Assembly: GCF_963921235.1 (NCBI RefSeq) | Contig: NC_086116.1 | Span: 23,870,001 to 23,934,000 of the forward strand | DNA length: 64,000 bases | From: Mobula hypostoma | Lineage: Eukaryota | Direction: 5' to 3' | Shown: piece by piece, positions 49,802-63,010 of the stretch | How positions within the stretch are numbered: the stretch's first letter is position 1 | Layout: every line of letters starts with the position of its first letter | The notes under the pieces: generated by a model | Databases searched by the model: none | The model's input: the letters and a program-made list of their open reading frames with translations, nothing else | Told to the model about the DNA's origin: nothing | Program-made: the position numbers and the translations under genes

Positions 49802-50089
49802 GTTGGCGAACACGCCCACCCGGGCTCGCGCTCAGCATGCCGGGCCCGTGACGCGGCGCCGAGGGCTCGCGCTGCCGTTGGCCGTCACAAAGCAGCTGGC
49901 AACGAAGAGGGCGGGCGCGGGCGCGACATGACCCACTGGAGGTCAGAGGTCAGAGGGTAAAGCCGCGTGTGGTTGATCCAGCGGGTTGAAGAGACAATCC
50001 TTGAAGAAAGGTATCGTGGCGTCAGGTTCTCCACACACCGTTCCCCAAGCTGTTCTGGTTTTGCTCTGCCGACGTTGTGAAGAATATCC
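49802..50089. promoter_or_regulatory. CpG-rich bidirectional promoter/5' UTRs of COG5 and DUS4L
   Basis: GC/CpG-rich island between divergent ATGs; GC box GGGCGGGCGCGGG (~49909-49921); AGGTCAGAGGTCA at 49940-49952. Confidence 0.8.
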
Positions 50090-50199
50090 ATGAACGGGGA
50101 TTGTTTACCCTCTCAATCGTTGCAAAGAAGATGCCTCGTCGATTTGTTTCAGCCTGGCCACGTTGTAAAGATTTGTGCTCCCATGGTGCGATACTCAAA
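50090..50199 (+). CDS. DUS4L: DUS4L first coding exon (MNGDCLPSQSLQRRCLVDLFQPGHVVKICAPMVRYSK)
   Basis: APMVRYSK Dus motif; donor AA|GTGAGT. Confidence 0.92.
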
Positions 50200-50254
50200 G
50201 TGAGTGATGGCAACGATCTAGTAATTTTGAGGCGATTTTTTAAATGACGAAAAC

Positions 50255-50425
50255 CCGAGAAAGATGCTGGAAATCCAAAGCAACACGCACAAAACGCTGG
50301 AGGAACCCAGCAAGTCAGTCACCTTCTATGGAAAAGAATTGGGTCTCGGCCCGGATAGTTAACTGCTTATTCTTTTCCGTGGATGCTGCCTGACCTGCTG
50401 AGTTCCTCCAGCATTTTGTGCGCAT
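50255..50425. repeat. Penelope-tail-derived hairpin element in a short DUS4L intron
   Basis: Arms ~50286-50340 and ~50369-50422 (CGCACAAAACGCTGGAGGAAC.. / ..GTTCCTCCAGCATTTTGTGCG). Confidence 0.75.
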
Positions 50426-50493
50426 TTTATGACGATGCGTTTTGGTTATTGATATGAGATATTTAAGATCACTTCTTCACATTTAACCCTTAG

Positions 50494-50615
50494 GCTGGCA
50501 TTTCGTTCTCTCGTCAGAAGGTATGATTGTGAACTGTGCTTTACACCAATGATCATTGCTTCGGCTTTCCTGAAGTCCGGCAAGGCGAGGGACAGCGAGT
50601 TCACAACAAATTTTG
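50494..50615 (+). CDS. DUS4L: DUS4L coding exon 2 (LAFRSLVRRYDCELCFTPMIIASAFLKSGKARDSEFTTNF)
   Basis: 122 nt, AG/GT boundaries, phase consistent. Confidence 0.95.
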
Positions 50616-51699
50616 GTATGCATATTTCTGATTGCTTCAGTAATATCACAAGATAAGAAAAATAAAATTACACGTACTTGTTCAGTATAGTTCTTGTCTT
50701 CTAAAGCTTGGATTGATTTAGTATCGTTTATGACCTTGGTAATTACAATGTGTTTTAAAAATCGTAAGACGAAATTCAATTGCTGTTATATAATGTGGGA
50801 TCAAAAGTCAATTTGCGCAAGCCAAATAATTACAAACAATGTGATTCGGACAGATTATCGTTTTGGTGATGTTAATTGTACTGTCTTCTAAAAAGTAGTA
50901 CTTTTTTTGGTAAATACGGGACCTCCAGTTGAATGTCATCTAAAAGTCAGTAACTTCAAAAGCATAACATTCCGTATCTCTACATCTAGCTTGTTTTTTT
51001 AGCCTCTTTCTCTGGAGTTCTACTAATTTTGGCACAATTTTCAATTTTTTTCCCTTGTTTTTCTATACTGCAGATATCACACGATCTCACTGCCCAGTCA
51101 ATGTCTGTAGTTATTCCTGTTTGAACTTGCCTTATTCTGTTGCAGAGGCTAGAATATTAGTGGAGAGCTTGCAGCTGTCCAGTGATAAAACCCTAAGAAT
51201 AAGTAGGGCTATGAATGATATGTTTAGATGGTCATTCTTCTCAAAAATCCTTGGAAATTTTAATGGCTAGCAAGGTTTTGTCCCCAACTTTGCCACATGT
51301 TAAAGCTAACACACTTGTTCAACAGCACCTCTGACAATCAGAAACCTTTAAATGTGGAATAATATTTTAATATTAATATTATTAAATTACTTTGAAAGAT
51401 AGCTAAATACATTAATAATTTTTAGATCATTTTTGTTGTTAACATTTGGAACCCTACATTGGTGTAAATTTTGAGAGACAATTCTCCTGTTTAAATGCTA
51501 GGGAATGTAGGAATCTCAGCAAGATTGGATCTATGGGAAGTCCTGCAAAGAAACACATTGACATTTATAGTGCCATTTATCACTTTTTATGCTTGGAGAT
51601 CCCTGTTCCACTAGGTCACATTCGGAATTTATTGCTTAATGTTGACTTGGTTGACATTCTACAGAGAAAATAAATTTCAGAGGTGCCATATTTTGGATG

Positions 51700-51912
51700 C
51701 TGGCAGGTGGAATAGTGGCATCCGCACTGGACTTCGAGGCGTGTTGTCTCGGGTTTGAATCTGACCTGCTTCTTGCACACTTTCCATTCATGCTAGGTTG
51801 AGCGTTGAGCTAGCAATTCAGCCTTGTAAAAAAAAAACAGACGGAAATGTTAGAGAAGTGTCATGGCTGCTGCCCAGTGCACCACGAGATGTGGAAAGGA
51901 ACAACAACAACA
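51700..51912 (+). mobile_element. tRNA-derived SINE with (CAA)n tail and 12-bp TSD
   Basis: B-box-like GGGTTTGAATC; TSD ATATTTTGGATG at 51688-51699 and 51913-51924. Confidence 0.8.
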
Positions 51913-53019
51913 ATATTTTGGATGTAAAATATAAATGGAAACCCTCCCTGCCTGTAGACGTAGATGGAATACATCATGTGCCATAGTTTGAAGAAGAGCT
52001 AAGGGGTGTGTAGTTAACGGCTATTGCTCAACCGACATCACCAAATTGAATTAACTTTTAAGTTGTTGTTTGTTGGATTATGTTATGGAAATTGATTGTT
52101 GCTTTTGCCTATATACAACAGAGGCTATTCTATCCAGAGGTACAAGTGCACAGTTCACTGAAAGTAGTTGCACAAGTAGATAAGTTGGCAAAGAGGGTAT
52201 TTAGTCTGTTGGATTTCAGTCAGGGCATCAATTTTAGGAGTAAAAGCCATATTAATCGTTGGTGAGGCTGCACCTGGAGTGCTGTATAGAATTTTGTTCA
52301 CCCTGTTGTAGGAAAGGCATTGTCAACCTGGAGAGGATGCACAAGAGATTTATTAGGACATGACCTGGACTTCAGGCTCTGAGTAAGAAGGAGAGGTTGT
52401 CCACAATTAGAGCATTCGGGCATTTGGTCTTTGCTGATTTATTATTCCAAACAACCCCATTTTCCTACCTTTTCCCTGAAACCTTTGACACCCTGGCTAA
52501 TCAAGAATTTACACAATGTCCATTTTAAACATACCCACTGACTTGGCCTCCACAACTGTCTGTGGCAATGAATTCCACTGGACCTTCATTTCTTGGGAGT
52601 ATATGAGAATGAGGGGTGATGTCATCGAAGTTTATAACATCATGAGGGGCATGGATAAAATGGATATTCATAATCTTTTTTCCCCAAGGTTGGGGAGTCC
52701 AAAAATAAATGGCATAGATAGAAGACACGAGGGGAGAGATTTAAAAGTGACTTGAGAGGCAGCTTCTTGAGACAGTGGATAGTGAGTACCTGCAATAAGC
52801 TGCCAGAAGAAATGCTCAAGATGGATACAATTGCAACATTTAAGAGGCATTTGGATAAGTACATGAAGGAGAGGGCCAAACATGGGCAAATATAATGAGC
52901 AGAGGGTATATTGTAGTTGATAGTACACCTGTTGGGCCTGTTTCAATGCTGTTTTACTCTGTGACTCTTAATTTCTTAAAAATGATGGCTGTAGGATATT
53001 ATGAATAAACTGAAAGGTG

Positions 53020-53290
53020 GTATAGGTGGCACAGTTAGCACAATTGTTTACAGTATCAGTGACCTGGGTTCAATTCCTGTCAAAGGAGTTTGTATGTTCT
53101 CCCCGTGACTGCGTGTTTCCTCTGGGTGCTGCCGTTTCCTCCCATATTTGAAAGGCATACTGATTGGTAGATTAATTGGTCATTGTAAACTGTCCCTTGA
53201 TTAGGCTGGGATTAAATTGGGGATTGTTGGGTGGCGCAACTTGAAGGGCTGGAAGAGCCTATTCCACGCTGTTATGTCAATAAATAAATA
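53020..53290 (+). mobile_element. HE1/V-SINE-like element
   Basis: GGGTTCAATTCC B box; GGAGTTTGTATGTTCTCCCCGTGACTGCGTG.TTTCC..GGGTGC..CCGTTTCCTCCCA V-domain-like core; (TAAA)n tail. Confidence 0.75.
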
Positions 53291-53923
53291 AATTAAAACT
53301 AAATTTAAATTTTCTCCTTGTGACAAATTGTCACAGATTAGACTGTGCACAGTTTGCAATATGAAAGGTACTTCATTGATAACATTTATGAACATAGGTT
53401 TGCGTAATTTATCGCAGGTGAAGATGTTTACATTTAGTGTAGAGGATAGACATTCAAAGAGTTCTGCATTTTTCTGTTTCATCCAGCAATATTTCCTGCA
53501 ATGCTTTGCACCCAGTAGTCAATGCTTTGGTTTGCTTTGAAAACTATTATTTAGTTAGATCTTACATCTGCCTCGTGCTTTTTACCAGGAGAACTAGCAA
53601 GATATGACACGGGTTTGATGCTCCACTCTCCCTGGATCAGTATGTTGCTGAATGGCAATCAAATATTTGTAGTCTATCTTTGCTCAATGGTATCCTGAAT
53701 TAGCAAAACCCTTGATATTCAGAAATCTAATTAGCAAGTTCTTCAAGAAATGATTTTATTCTGTTTGGTTAATACACTTGATATATTAGTAATTTATAAT
53801 TCTTTGATGACAAGTCCTTTGTGTTTATAAAACTCACTGTATTCTAGGATGAAGTTCTTCAGTATAGGTTACCAACTGAAGGTGAGAGCTCTACTACAGC
53901 AAATCTTGCATTCTGTTTCTCAG

Positions 53924-54041
53924 GTGATCGGCCACTGGTTGTACAGTTTGCTGCTAATTCTTCACAAGATTTAGCTGATGCTGCTCGCATAGTTTCCCCA
54001 TTTGTAGATGGTGTTGATTTGAACTGTGGTTGTCCGCAAAG
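53924..54041 (+). CDS. DUS4L: DUS4L coding exon 3 (DRPLVVQFAANSSQDLADAARIVSPFVDGVDLNCGCPQ)
   Basis: 118 nt; contains the catalytic NCGCP motif; AG/GT boundaries. Confidence 0.96.
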
Positions 54042-54659
54042 GTAAGTTAATTTTAAGATTAATCATTTTGTCATGTTTTCATGATTGGGTAAGAAAATGG
54101 CTAATGCTGTATTATGTGAGAAATTGGGAGGCTCGTTGTTTTGGGAGAAAGAATGGGTTTAAAGGACACAAGATCAGTGCTCCCATTTTTCTCTGTTTCA
54201 TTGAATCAATTTGAAGGAAAGTGCAATATCTCTTTGATACAGAGACTGGAAATCCAGATATAGTTTTACCAAAGCTCCTTTTTCTACTTTGGACCCAATG
54301 CAATGAAGACCAGTATTATTTTTGCGCTCTGCTCTTTATTCATTCATTGTTTAGAATGTAGTCAACATTGCTCCTGAGGAGTTCCAAGATTTAGACTAAG
54401 AATGGTGAAGGAATGGCGGTATATTTCTGAGCCAGGGTAGTGTGTGACTTAGAAAATAAATGCCGGGTCATATGCGCCAGTAGTCATAATCCTCTGGTTA
54501 ATAGAGTTGTGGGTTTGGGAGGTGCTGTTCGAATAGCCTGGCAAGGTAACTGTAATGCATTTTGTAGATGGTACATACATTCGCTTTTGTGTTAATGATT
54601 GAGGAAATTGGTGTTCAGAGTGTATGGTGGGATCACAGTCAAGCAAGTTGCTTTATTTT

Positions 54660-56100
54660 AAGACCATAAGATACAGGAGCAGAAGTAGGCCATTTGGCCC
54701 ATCAAGTCTGCTCCGTCATTCAATCATGGGTTGATCCAATTCTTCCAGTCATCCCTGCTTCCCTGCCTTCTCCGCATACCCTTCGATGCCCTGGCTAATC
54801 AAGAACCTCTGCCTTAAATGCACCCAATGACTTGGCCTCCACAGCCGCTCATGGCAACAAGTTCCACAGATTTACCACCCTCTGACTAAAGTAATTTCTC
54901 CGCATCTATTCTAAATGGACATCCTTCAATCCTGAAGTCGTGCCCGCTTGTCCTATACTCCCCTACCATGGGAAATAACTGCCCTATCTAATCCGTTCAG
55001 GCCTTTTAACATGTGGAATGTTTCTATGAGAGGCCCCCTCATTCTCCTGAACTCCAGGAAATACAGCCCAAGAGCTGCCAGACATTCCTCATACGGTAAC
55101 CCTTTCATTACTGGAATCATTTTCATGAATCTTCTCCGAACCCTCTCCAATGTCAGTATATCCTTTCTAAAATAAGGAGCCCAAAACTGCACACAATACT
55201 CCCGAGTGTGGTCTCACGAGTGCCTTATAGAGCCTCAACATCACATCCCTGCTCTTATATTCTATACCTCTACAAATGAATGCCAACATTGCATTCGCCT
55301 TCTTCACCACCGACTCAACCTGGAGGTTAACCTTTAGGGTATCCTGCACAAGGAGTCCCAAGTCCCTTTGCATCTCTGCATTTTGAATTCTCTCCCCATC
55401 TACATAATAGTCTGCCGGTTTATTTCTTCTACCAAAGTGCATGACCATACACTTTCCAACATTGTATTTCATTTGCCACTTCTTTGCCCATTCCCCTAAA
55501 CTACCTAAGTCTCTGTAGGCTCTCTGTTTCCTCAACACTACCCGCTCCTCCACCTATCTTTGTATCATCGGCAAATTTAGCCACAAATCCATTAATCCCA
55601 TAGTCCAAATCATTGACATACAAATTAATAAGCAGCTGTCCCAACACCGACCCCTGTGGAACTCCACTGGTAACTGGCAGCCAGCCAGAATAGGATCCCT
55701 TTATTTCCACTCTCTGTTTTCTACCGATTGGCCAATGCTCCACCCATGCTAGTAACTTCCCTGTAATTCCATAGGCTCTTATCTTGCTAAGCAGCCTCAT
55801 GTGCAGCACCTTGTCAAAGGCTTTCTGAAAATCCAAGTACACCACATCAACTGCTTCTCCTTTGTCTACCCTGCTTGAAATTTCCTCAAAAAATTGCAGT
55901 AGGTTCGTCAGGCAGGATTTTCCTTTCAGGAAACCATGCTGGCTTTGGCCTATCCTGTCATGTGCCTCCAGGTACTCCATAATCTCATCCCTAACAATCG
56001 ATTTCAACAACTTCCCAACCACTGATGTCAGGCTAACAAGTCTGTAGTTTCCTTTCTGCTGCCTCCTACCTTTAAATAGCAGAGTAACATTTGCAATTTT
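54660..56100 (-). mobile_element. CR1/L2 LINE RT region and 3' end
   Basis: QHGFLKGKSCLTNL, YLDFQKAFDKV, SGVPQGSVLG, KFADDTKIGG. Confidence 0.92.
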
Positions 56101-57143
56101 GTATGCTTTTGATCTTGAGCCTGGTTATATCTCCAGCAATGAGGTAAATGCATAGTATTCTTTTACACTCCTGCCTTGTCTCTACTAGAAAATGAAGGTT
56201 TTGGAATATTAGGAGGTGAATCATTCTCAATTTACCCAGTCATCTTTCTTTTGGCAAAATATGACTCCAACTGTTTAAGTATTTTTCCCTTGATATTCAC
56301 TGGCTTCAGTTTTACCAGGACTACTTAATGCAACATCCGATTAAATGCTATCATGATATCAAGGGCAGTTATTCTCATTTCATCTTTGTAATTCAGCTCT
56401 TTGCTCATTGTTGTATGGGAGCAATTAGATTAGAATCTCAGCTATATCTGGAGCATATAGTTGCAAAAAGGTTTGTGAACCCTTTGCAATTAGCTGGTTT
56501 TCGCAATTAATTACTCATGAAATGTGGTCTGATCTTCATCCAAGTCACAATAATAGACAAACGCAAGCTGTCTAAACTAATAACACACAAACAATTGTAC
56601 TTTTCATGTCTTTATTGAATACGTTGTTTAATCATTCACAGTTCAGACAAGAAAAAGAGTGTGAACCCTTGTATTTAATAACCGATTGAGCCTCTTTTAG
56701 CGGCAATAACCTCCACCAAACGTTTCCTGTAACTGCTGATCAGACTTGCACAACATTGAGGTGGAATTTTAGACCCTTACTCCGCACAAAATTATTTCAG
56801 TTCATCAATATTTCTGAGCTGCCTTGCATGAACAGCCATCTGCAGGTCATGCCACAGCATCTCAACTGTGTTCAGTTCTGGACGCTGACTTGGTCATTCC
56901 AAAACATGAACTTTCTTCTTTTTAAACCATTCTGTTGTTGATTTACTCTTATGTTTTGGATCATTGTCTTGTTGCATCATCCAACTTCTATTAAGCTTCA
57001 GTGACTGAGATTCTGTTAAATGTCTTGATACAGTTTTTGAGTTCATTGTTCCTTCAACAACTACAAGCTGTCTGAGGCAGCAAAGCAGGTCTTAACCATG
57101 ATGGTCTTTCCACCATACTTCACAGTGGTGTTGGTGTGCAGTA

Positions 57144-58477
57144 CAGGTGTCCCCCGCTTTTCGAATGTTCGCTTTACGAAACCTACATTAGTTCCCTGTT
57201 TTTGCTAACAGAAAGTGTTTTCACTGTTACGAAAAAAGGCAGCACGCGATAAAAAAGCAGCGCGCCGCACGCCCTGAGCAGCTGCTCTCCCCCGGATTCA
57301 GAACAGCATTCTCGCTGGCATTGCTTAAACACGTTGCCTGTGAGCAGCTGTTAGCAAGACGAGTTCTAAAGGTATCGGGAAAGCTTAAAAGAGCCCGTAA
57401 AGGTGTTACACTTAGCGTAAAACTAGACATAATTAAGCATTTCCATCGTGGTGAACGAAGTAAGGACAGAGTGAGTTTGGCTTGTGGAAGTTGACGAAGA
57501 TGATGTTGAAGAGATTTTGGCATCCTGTGACCAAGAATTGATAGATGAAGAGCTGATGCAATTGGAAGAGGAAAGGATAACAATCGAAACCGAATGCAGT
57601 AGCGAACGGGCCGCGCACAGATACCGATTCGCGGAGAATACAGCGGTAGCCGGGAAGCACCCAGCACATCTTTAAGAAAAAAGCCAAAATAAACAAGCTA
57701 ACTAATTAAGTGCTGCCCGGCACGTAACTGTCGACCCAGATCAGAGACGATTGCTGACTGTGTCACCTCTGATCTGGGCCGACATTTACATGCTGGGTGG
57801 CACCTAATTAATTAGCATATTTATTTTGGCTTTTTTCTTAAAGATGTGCTGTGTGCCTCCCGGCTACCGCTGTACCCCTGCATGTTTCACGGATCGGTAT
57901 CGGTTCGCTGCCCGGAGGGTGGGGGCCACTGCACCACCCCAATCTCCGACAACTCAGTCTAACACACCATCATCAGTGTGCTCTGCGCTGTCTTCCCGAT
58001 TCCGGTAAGTGATACTACACTGTACATACATTATTTCTACTTTGTAGACTGTGTATTTTTACGTGTTATTTGGAATGATTTGGCAGCTTCATAGCTTAAA
58101 GGTTACTGGAGAGTGTTTCTGCCGAGAGCGCTTGCATGAGATTTTCTGCCGACGACACTTGTGCCGTGATTTGCCAAGAGTGCTTGCATGAGATTTTCGC
58201 TATGTTGGACAGTGCGGCAATGATTGTGGAGAAGTACTGTATTTCTACTTTATATAGGCTGTGTATTTATCATATCGTTCCTGCTTTTACTATATGTTAC
58301 TGTTATTTTAGGTTTTATGTGTTATTTGGCATGATTTGGTAGGTTATTTTTGGGTCTGCGAACGCTCACAAATTTTTCCCATATAAATAAATGGTAATTG
58401 CTTCTTCGCTTTACGACATTCAGGCTTACAAACCATTTCATAGGAACGCTCTACCTTCGGATGGCGGGGGAAACCTG
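57144..58477 (+). mobile_element. Internally deleted Tigger/pogo element, copy 2, inside the Tc1 element
   Basis: TA|CAGGTGTCCCCCGC...GCGGGGGAAACCTG|TA; colinear with 41331-42821. Confidence 0.9.
57641..57872. mobile_element. Fold-back MITE nested in Tigger copy 2
   Basis: TA|CAGCGGTAGCCGGG...CCCGGCTACCGCTG|TA. Confidence 0.88.
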
Positions 58478-59944
58478 TACCCTTTTTCCTCCAAACCATA
58501 GATGTGTGCATTTCTGCCAAAAGTTTCAACTTTTGGCTCACTTGTCCACAGAACATTGTCCCAGAAACGTTGTGGAACATCCAGGTGGTCTTTGCAAACT
58601 TAAGATGTGCAGCAATGTTTTTTTTGGAGAGCAGTGGCTTCCTTCATGGTGTCCTTCCATGAACTTCATTCTTATTCAGTACTTTTCTTATGGTGGGCAC
58701 ATGAAAAAAGACTTGATCAAAGTTCTAGAGATTTCTGGAGGTCTTTTGCTATTACCCTTGGGTTCTTTTTTCACCTCCTTCAGCATTGCAAATTGTGTTC
58801 TTGGTGTGATCTTTACAGAACACCCACTCCTGGGGAGAGTAGCAACAGTACTGAATTTCCTCCATTTGTAGACATTTTCTCTTACCATGGACTGATAACA
58901 CTCAGGTCTTTAGAAATGTTTTGGAAGCCTTTTCCAACTTCATACATCTCTACAGTTCTTCTAAGGTCCTCTGAAAGTTGTTTTGATCGAGGCATGGTGC
59001 ATATAACCAGATCTTTCTTGAGAAAAGCAGGCTGTATCGGACTTTGTATGTGTTTTTTTTTATATAGGGAAGGGCACCTCGACAACCCACGCCTCCAATT
59101 TCATCTCATTGATTGGAACACCTGACTTCAAATAGCTTTTGTAGAAGGCATTACCCCAGAGGTTCACATACTTTTGAATCCTAGTCTGTGATTGTTCTAA
59201 GTGTGTACTCAGTATTGATGAGAGGTTGTATAATTGTTTCTTATTAGTTTAGGCAGATTGTGTTTGTCTAATATTGTAACTTAGATGAAGATTAGGTCAC
59301 ATTTTATGAGCAATTAATGCAGAAAGTCAGGTAACTGCAAAGGATTCACAAACTTTCTAGCAACTTTAGACTTTGCACACTATATCCAGGATTTTGTCTG
59401 GTTTCACAATCTTTGCTATGTCTAGTCTCTTGCTATCACATGGAGTAAATTAAATTGACTAAAGGGTGTTAGTGGGTAATTTGGGTGTAGGAGCCTTTAT
59501 CATTCACTTTCTGGGTGTCACCACCATCATTCCATATAATGTTTGTTTGTCGATTGTCATTCACAAGTTGGATGTGGTAGGACTTCAATTGGCACATTAA
59601 TTGTGAGATCGAATAATTGACCATTGCATGCTGCTTTTGCATGAAGTCCTGTGTTCCAGCTTCACCAAGTTGCTAGCTCACTTTGGATGCACCTAATGCT
59701 GCTTCCTAGCATGACCTTTCTGGTGAGTCAATCATGTGAGTAGATAGATCATACCCATCGGTGAGGCATGATGCTCTTGATGATATGTCAGACTGTTGGT
59801 TAACTAGTCTATTTTACAGTTCTCCATATTTGGATTCTAGGTTGAGATTGATTTTGCCTAATCCATGTTCAAAGCTGAATGGATTGTCCTTTCTATATTT
59901 GCACTGTTTCGATATATTGCAATTGAGTGGATTGTTAGATCAGG

Positions 59945-62900
59945 AGACCATCTGGAAGCAGAATTAGGTCATTTGGCCCATCAAGTCTGCTCCACCTTTG
60001 AATCATGATTGATCCTTTTTTCCCCTTCTCAACCCCACTCCCCAGCCTTCTCCCCTTTGATTCCATGGCCAATCAAGAACCTATCCATCTTGGCCTAAAA
60101 CACAGCCAATGACCTGGCTTCTGCAGCTGCCTGTGGTTACAAATTCCACAAATACACCACCCTCTGGCTAAAGAAATTTCTCTGCACCTCTGTTTTAAAT
60201 GGCCATTCCTCTATCCTGAGGCTGTGCCCTCTTGTCCTAGACTCCCCCACCATGGGAAACATTCTTTCCACATCTACTATGTCTGGTCCTTTCAATATTT
60301 GAAAGGTTTCAATGAGATCCCCATCATCCTTTTAAATTCCAGTGAGTACAGGCCCAGAGCCGTCAAACGTTCCTCATGATAACCCCTTCATTGCCAGAAT
60401 CATCCTTGTCAACCTCCTTTGAACATACTCCAAAGCCAGCACATCTTTTCCTTAATGAGGAGCCCAACACTGTTCACAATACCCAAGGTGAGGCCTCACC
60501 GGTGCCTTGTAAAGCCTCAGCATCACATCCCTGCTCTTATATTCTCGACCTCTTGAAATGAATGCTAAGCTTGCATTTGCCTTCCTCACCACCGACTCAG
60601 CCTGCAAGTTAACCTTTAGGGTGTTCTTTACAAGGACTCCCAAGTCACTTGTAATGTTGAATCAGGTTCTTGGGTCTGACAAGTGATACGGAAAGGTCTT
60701 TCGGCGAATAGGTATATTTAATCATTTATTTACAAACAGTAAAAATTCAACCAAACATGCATGTTCCCCAAGTTACAGACACCACAAAACTGAATATTCA
60801 ATAGATATGCGTACATTCAACAAACATACTTAGTTAAAAGTACATGTAGGGTATATCTTCTCAATCATCTTGTGCATTCTTACCTTAAACAAAGGAAGAA
60901 GAGAGCAAACCCCTTCCATGTGCTATTATATATACCCAGTATATTTGAAACTGGACTCTTGGCATCTAAACAAGGGGAAAAGCAGCAGCAGCTTCTAAGC
61001 TAACCAATCACAACTGAAGCGGCTTTCAACAATCAGAATAAGGCATGCCCCTCAGGACATCCCTTTGCATCTCAGATTTTTGGATTTTCTCCCCTTTTAG
61101 TTAAAGTCTGCCCATTTATTTCTTCTACCAAAGTGCATGGCCATACATTTTCCAACATTTTATTTCATTTGCCATTTTCTTGCTCATTTTCCTAATCTGC
61201 CTAAGTCCTTCTGCAACTTCCCTGTTTCCTCAACACTACCTGCCCCTCCACCAATCTTTTTCATCATCTGCAAACTTGGCAACAAAGCCATCTATTCCAT
61301 CATTTAAATCATTAATATACAGCATAAAAAGAAGCAGTCCCAACATTGACCCCTACGGAACACCACTAGTCACTGGCAGCCAACCAGAAAAGAATCCTTT
61401 TATTCTCACTCTTCTTATTCGCTGCCTCCTACCAATCAGCCAATGTTCTAACCATGCCAGTAACTCTCCTGTAATACAATGAGCTCTACATTTAGTAGGC
61501 AGTCTCATGTGTGGCACCTTGTCAAAGGAATTCTGAAAGTCCAAACTTACAACATCCGCTGCATCCCATTTATCTATCCTACATGTAATCTCACCAAAGA
61601 ATTCCAACAGGCTCATTAGGCAAGATTTTCCTGTAAGGAAACCATACTGAGTTTGGCCGATCTTGTCCTGTGTCACCAAGTACTCTATAACCTCGTTCTT
61701 AACAATTGACTCCCAACATCTTCCCAACCACTGAGATCAGGCTAACTAGTCGATAATTTCCTTCTGCTGCCTTCCTCCTTTCTCAAAGAGTGGAGTGACA
61801 TTTGTAATTTATCATTCCGCTGGAACCATGCCAGAGTCCAATGATTTTTGAAAAATGCCTCCACAATCTCTATCACTTCCTCTTTCAGAGGTAGCCGTTC
61901 ATCTGGTCCGATGACTTGTGCATAGTAACTGCACTCATTTCTCTTCCCTCACACCCTTCAACAGCTAGCACACTGTTGGTGTCTTCCACAATGAAGACTG
62001 ATGCAAAACGCTTATTTTAGTTCATCTGCCATCTCCTTTCCATTATTATTTCTCTGGCCTCATTTTCTAGAGATCCTATATCCATTCTCGTCTCTTTTAT
62101 TGTTATATATTTGAAAAAGATCTTTCTATCCACCTTGATATTGTTTGCTAGTTTGCTTTCATATTTCATCTTTCTCCCCTAATGATTCTTTTAGTTTTCT
62201 GTAGGTTTTTAAAAGCTTACCAATCCTCTATCTTCCTGCTAATTTTTGCTTTGTTGTATGCCCTCTCTTTTGCTTTTACATTAGGTTTGACTTCCCTTAT
62301 CAGCCATGGTTATAGTCTTTTGCCATTTGAGTATTTCTTTGTTTTCCAAATACATCTATCCTGCACCTTCATCATACTTCACAGAAGCTCACACAATTGC
62401 TGCTCTGCTGTCATCCCTGCCAGCATCTCCTTCCAATTTGCTTTGGCCAACTCCTTTCATACCACTGTAATTTCCTTTACTCTGAAATACTGCTACGTCA
62501 GACTTTACTTTCTCCCTATCAGATTTCAAGTTGAACTCAGTCATATTGTGATCACTGCTTCCCAAGGGTATCCTTTACCTTAAGCTCTCTAATCACTTCC
62601 GGTTCATTACTTAACATCCAATCTAGTATAGCTGATCCCCCAGTAGGCTCAACGACAAGCTGCTCTAAAAAGCCATCTTGTAGGCGTTCAACAAATTCAC
62701 TCTCTTGAGATCTGTTACCAACCTGATTTTCCCAATCTACCTGCATATTAAAATCTCCCATGACTATCATAACATTGCCCTTTTAACATGCCTTTTCTAT
62801 TTCCCATTGTAATCTGTAGTCCACATCCCAGCTACTGTTTGGAGGCCTGCAGGGTCCTTTTACCCTTTCGGTTTCTTAACTTAACCCACAAAGGTTCAAC

Positions 62901-63010
62901 ATCTTTCAGTCCTCTGCCTCGTCTTTCTAATAGTTTGATGCCATTCTTTACCAGCAGAACCACCCCATCCCCTCTGCCTACCTTGCTATCCCTCCAATAC
63001 AATGTTCTTC
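59945..63010 (-). mobile_element. Long CR1/L2 LINE (APE to 3' end), interrupted by a solo LTR
   Basis: IVMGDFN..DW, FLEQLVVEPT..AILDW, SLDFQNSFDKVPH, TSGVP, RPHLGYCEQCWAP. Confidence 0.9.
60650..61059 (-). mobile_element. Solo LTR (410 bp), second LTR family
   Basis: TG...CA ends; 5-bp TSD TCACT (60645-60649) / TCCCT (61060-61064) restoring the LINE sequence AAGTCCCTTTGCATC; TATA (~60925-60933) then AATAAA (~60725-60730) on the minus strand. Confidence 0.8.

Larger units (their letters stand above)
56458..59366 (-). mobile_element. Tc1-like transposon with long (~200-bp) TIRs, TA TSD, decayed transposase
   Basis: TA|TAGTTGCAAAAAGGTTTGTGAACCCTTTGCA... / ...TGCAAAGGATTCACAAACTTTCTAGCAACTT|TA; minus-strand MPRSKQLSEDLR..GKGFQNISKDL..YKWRKFSTVATLPRSG from 58995. 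Confidence 0.88.
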
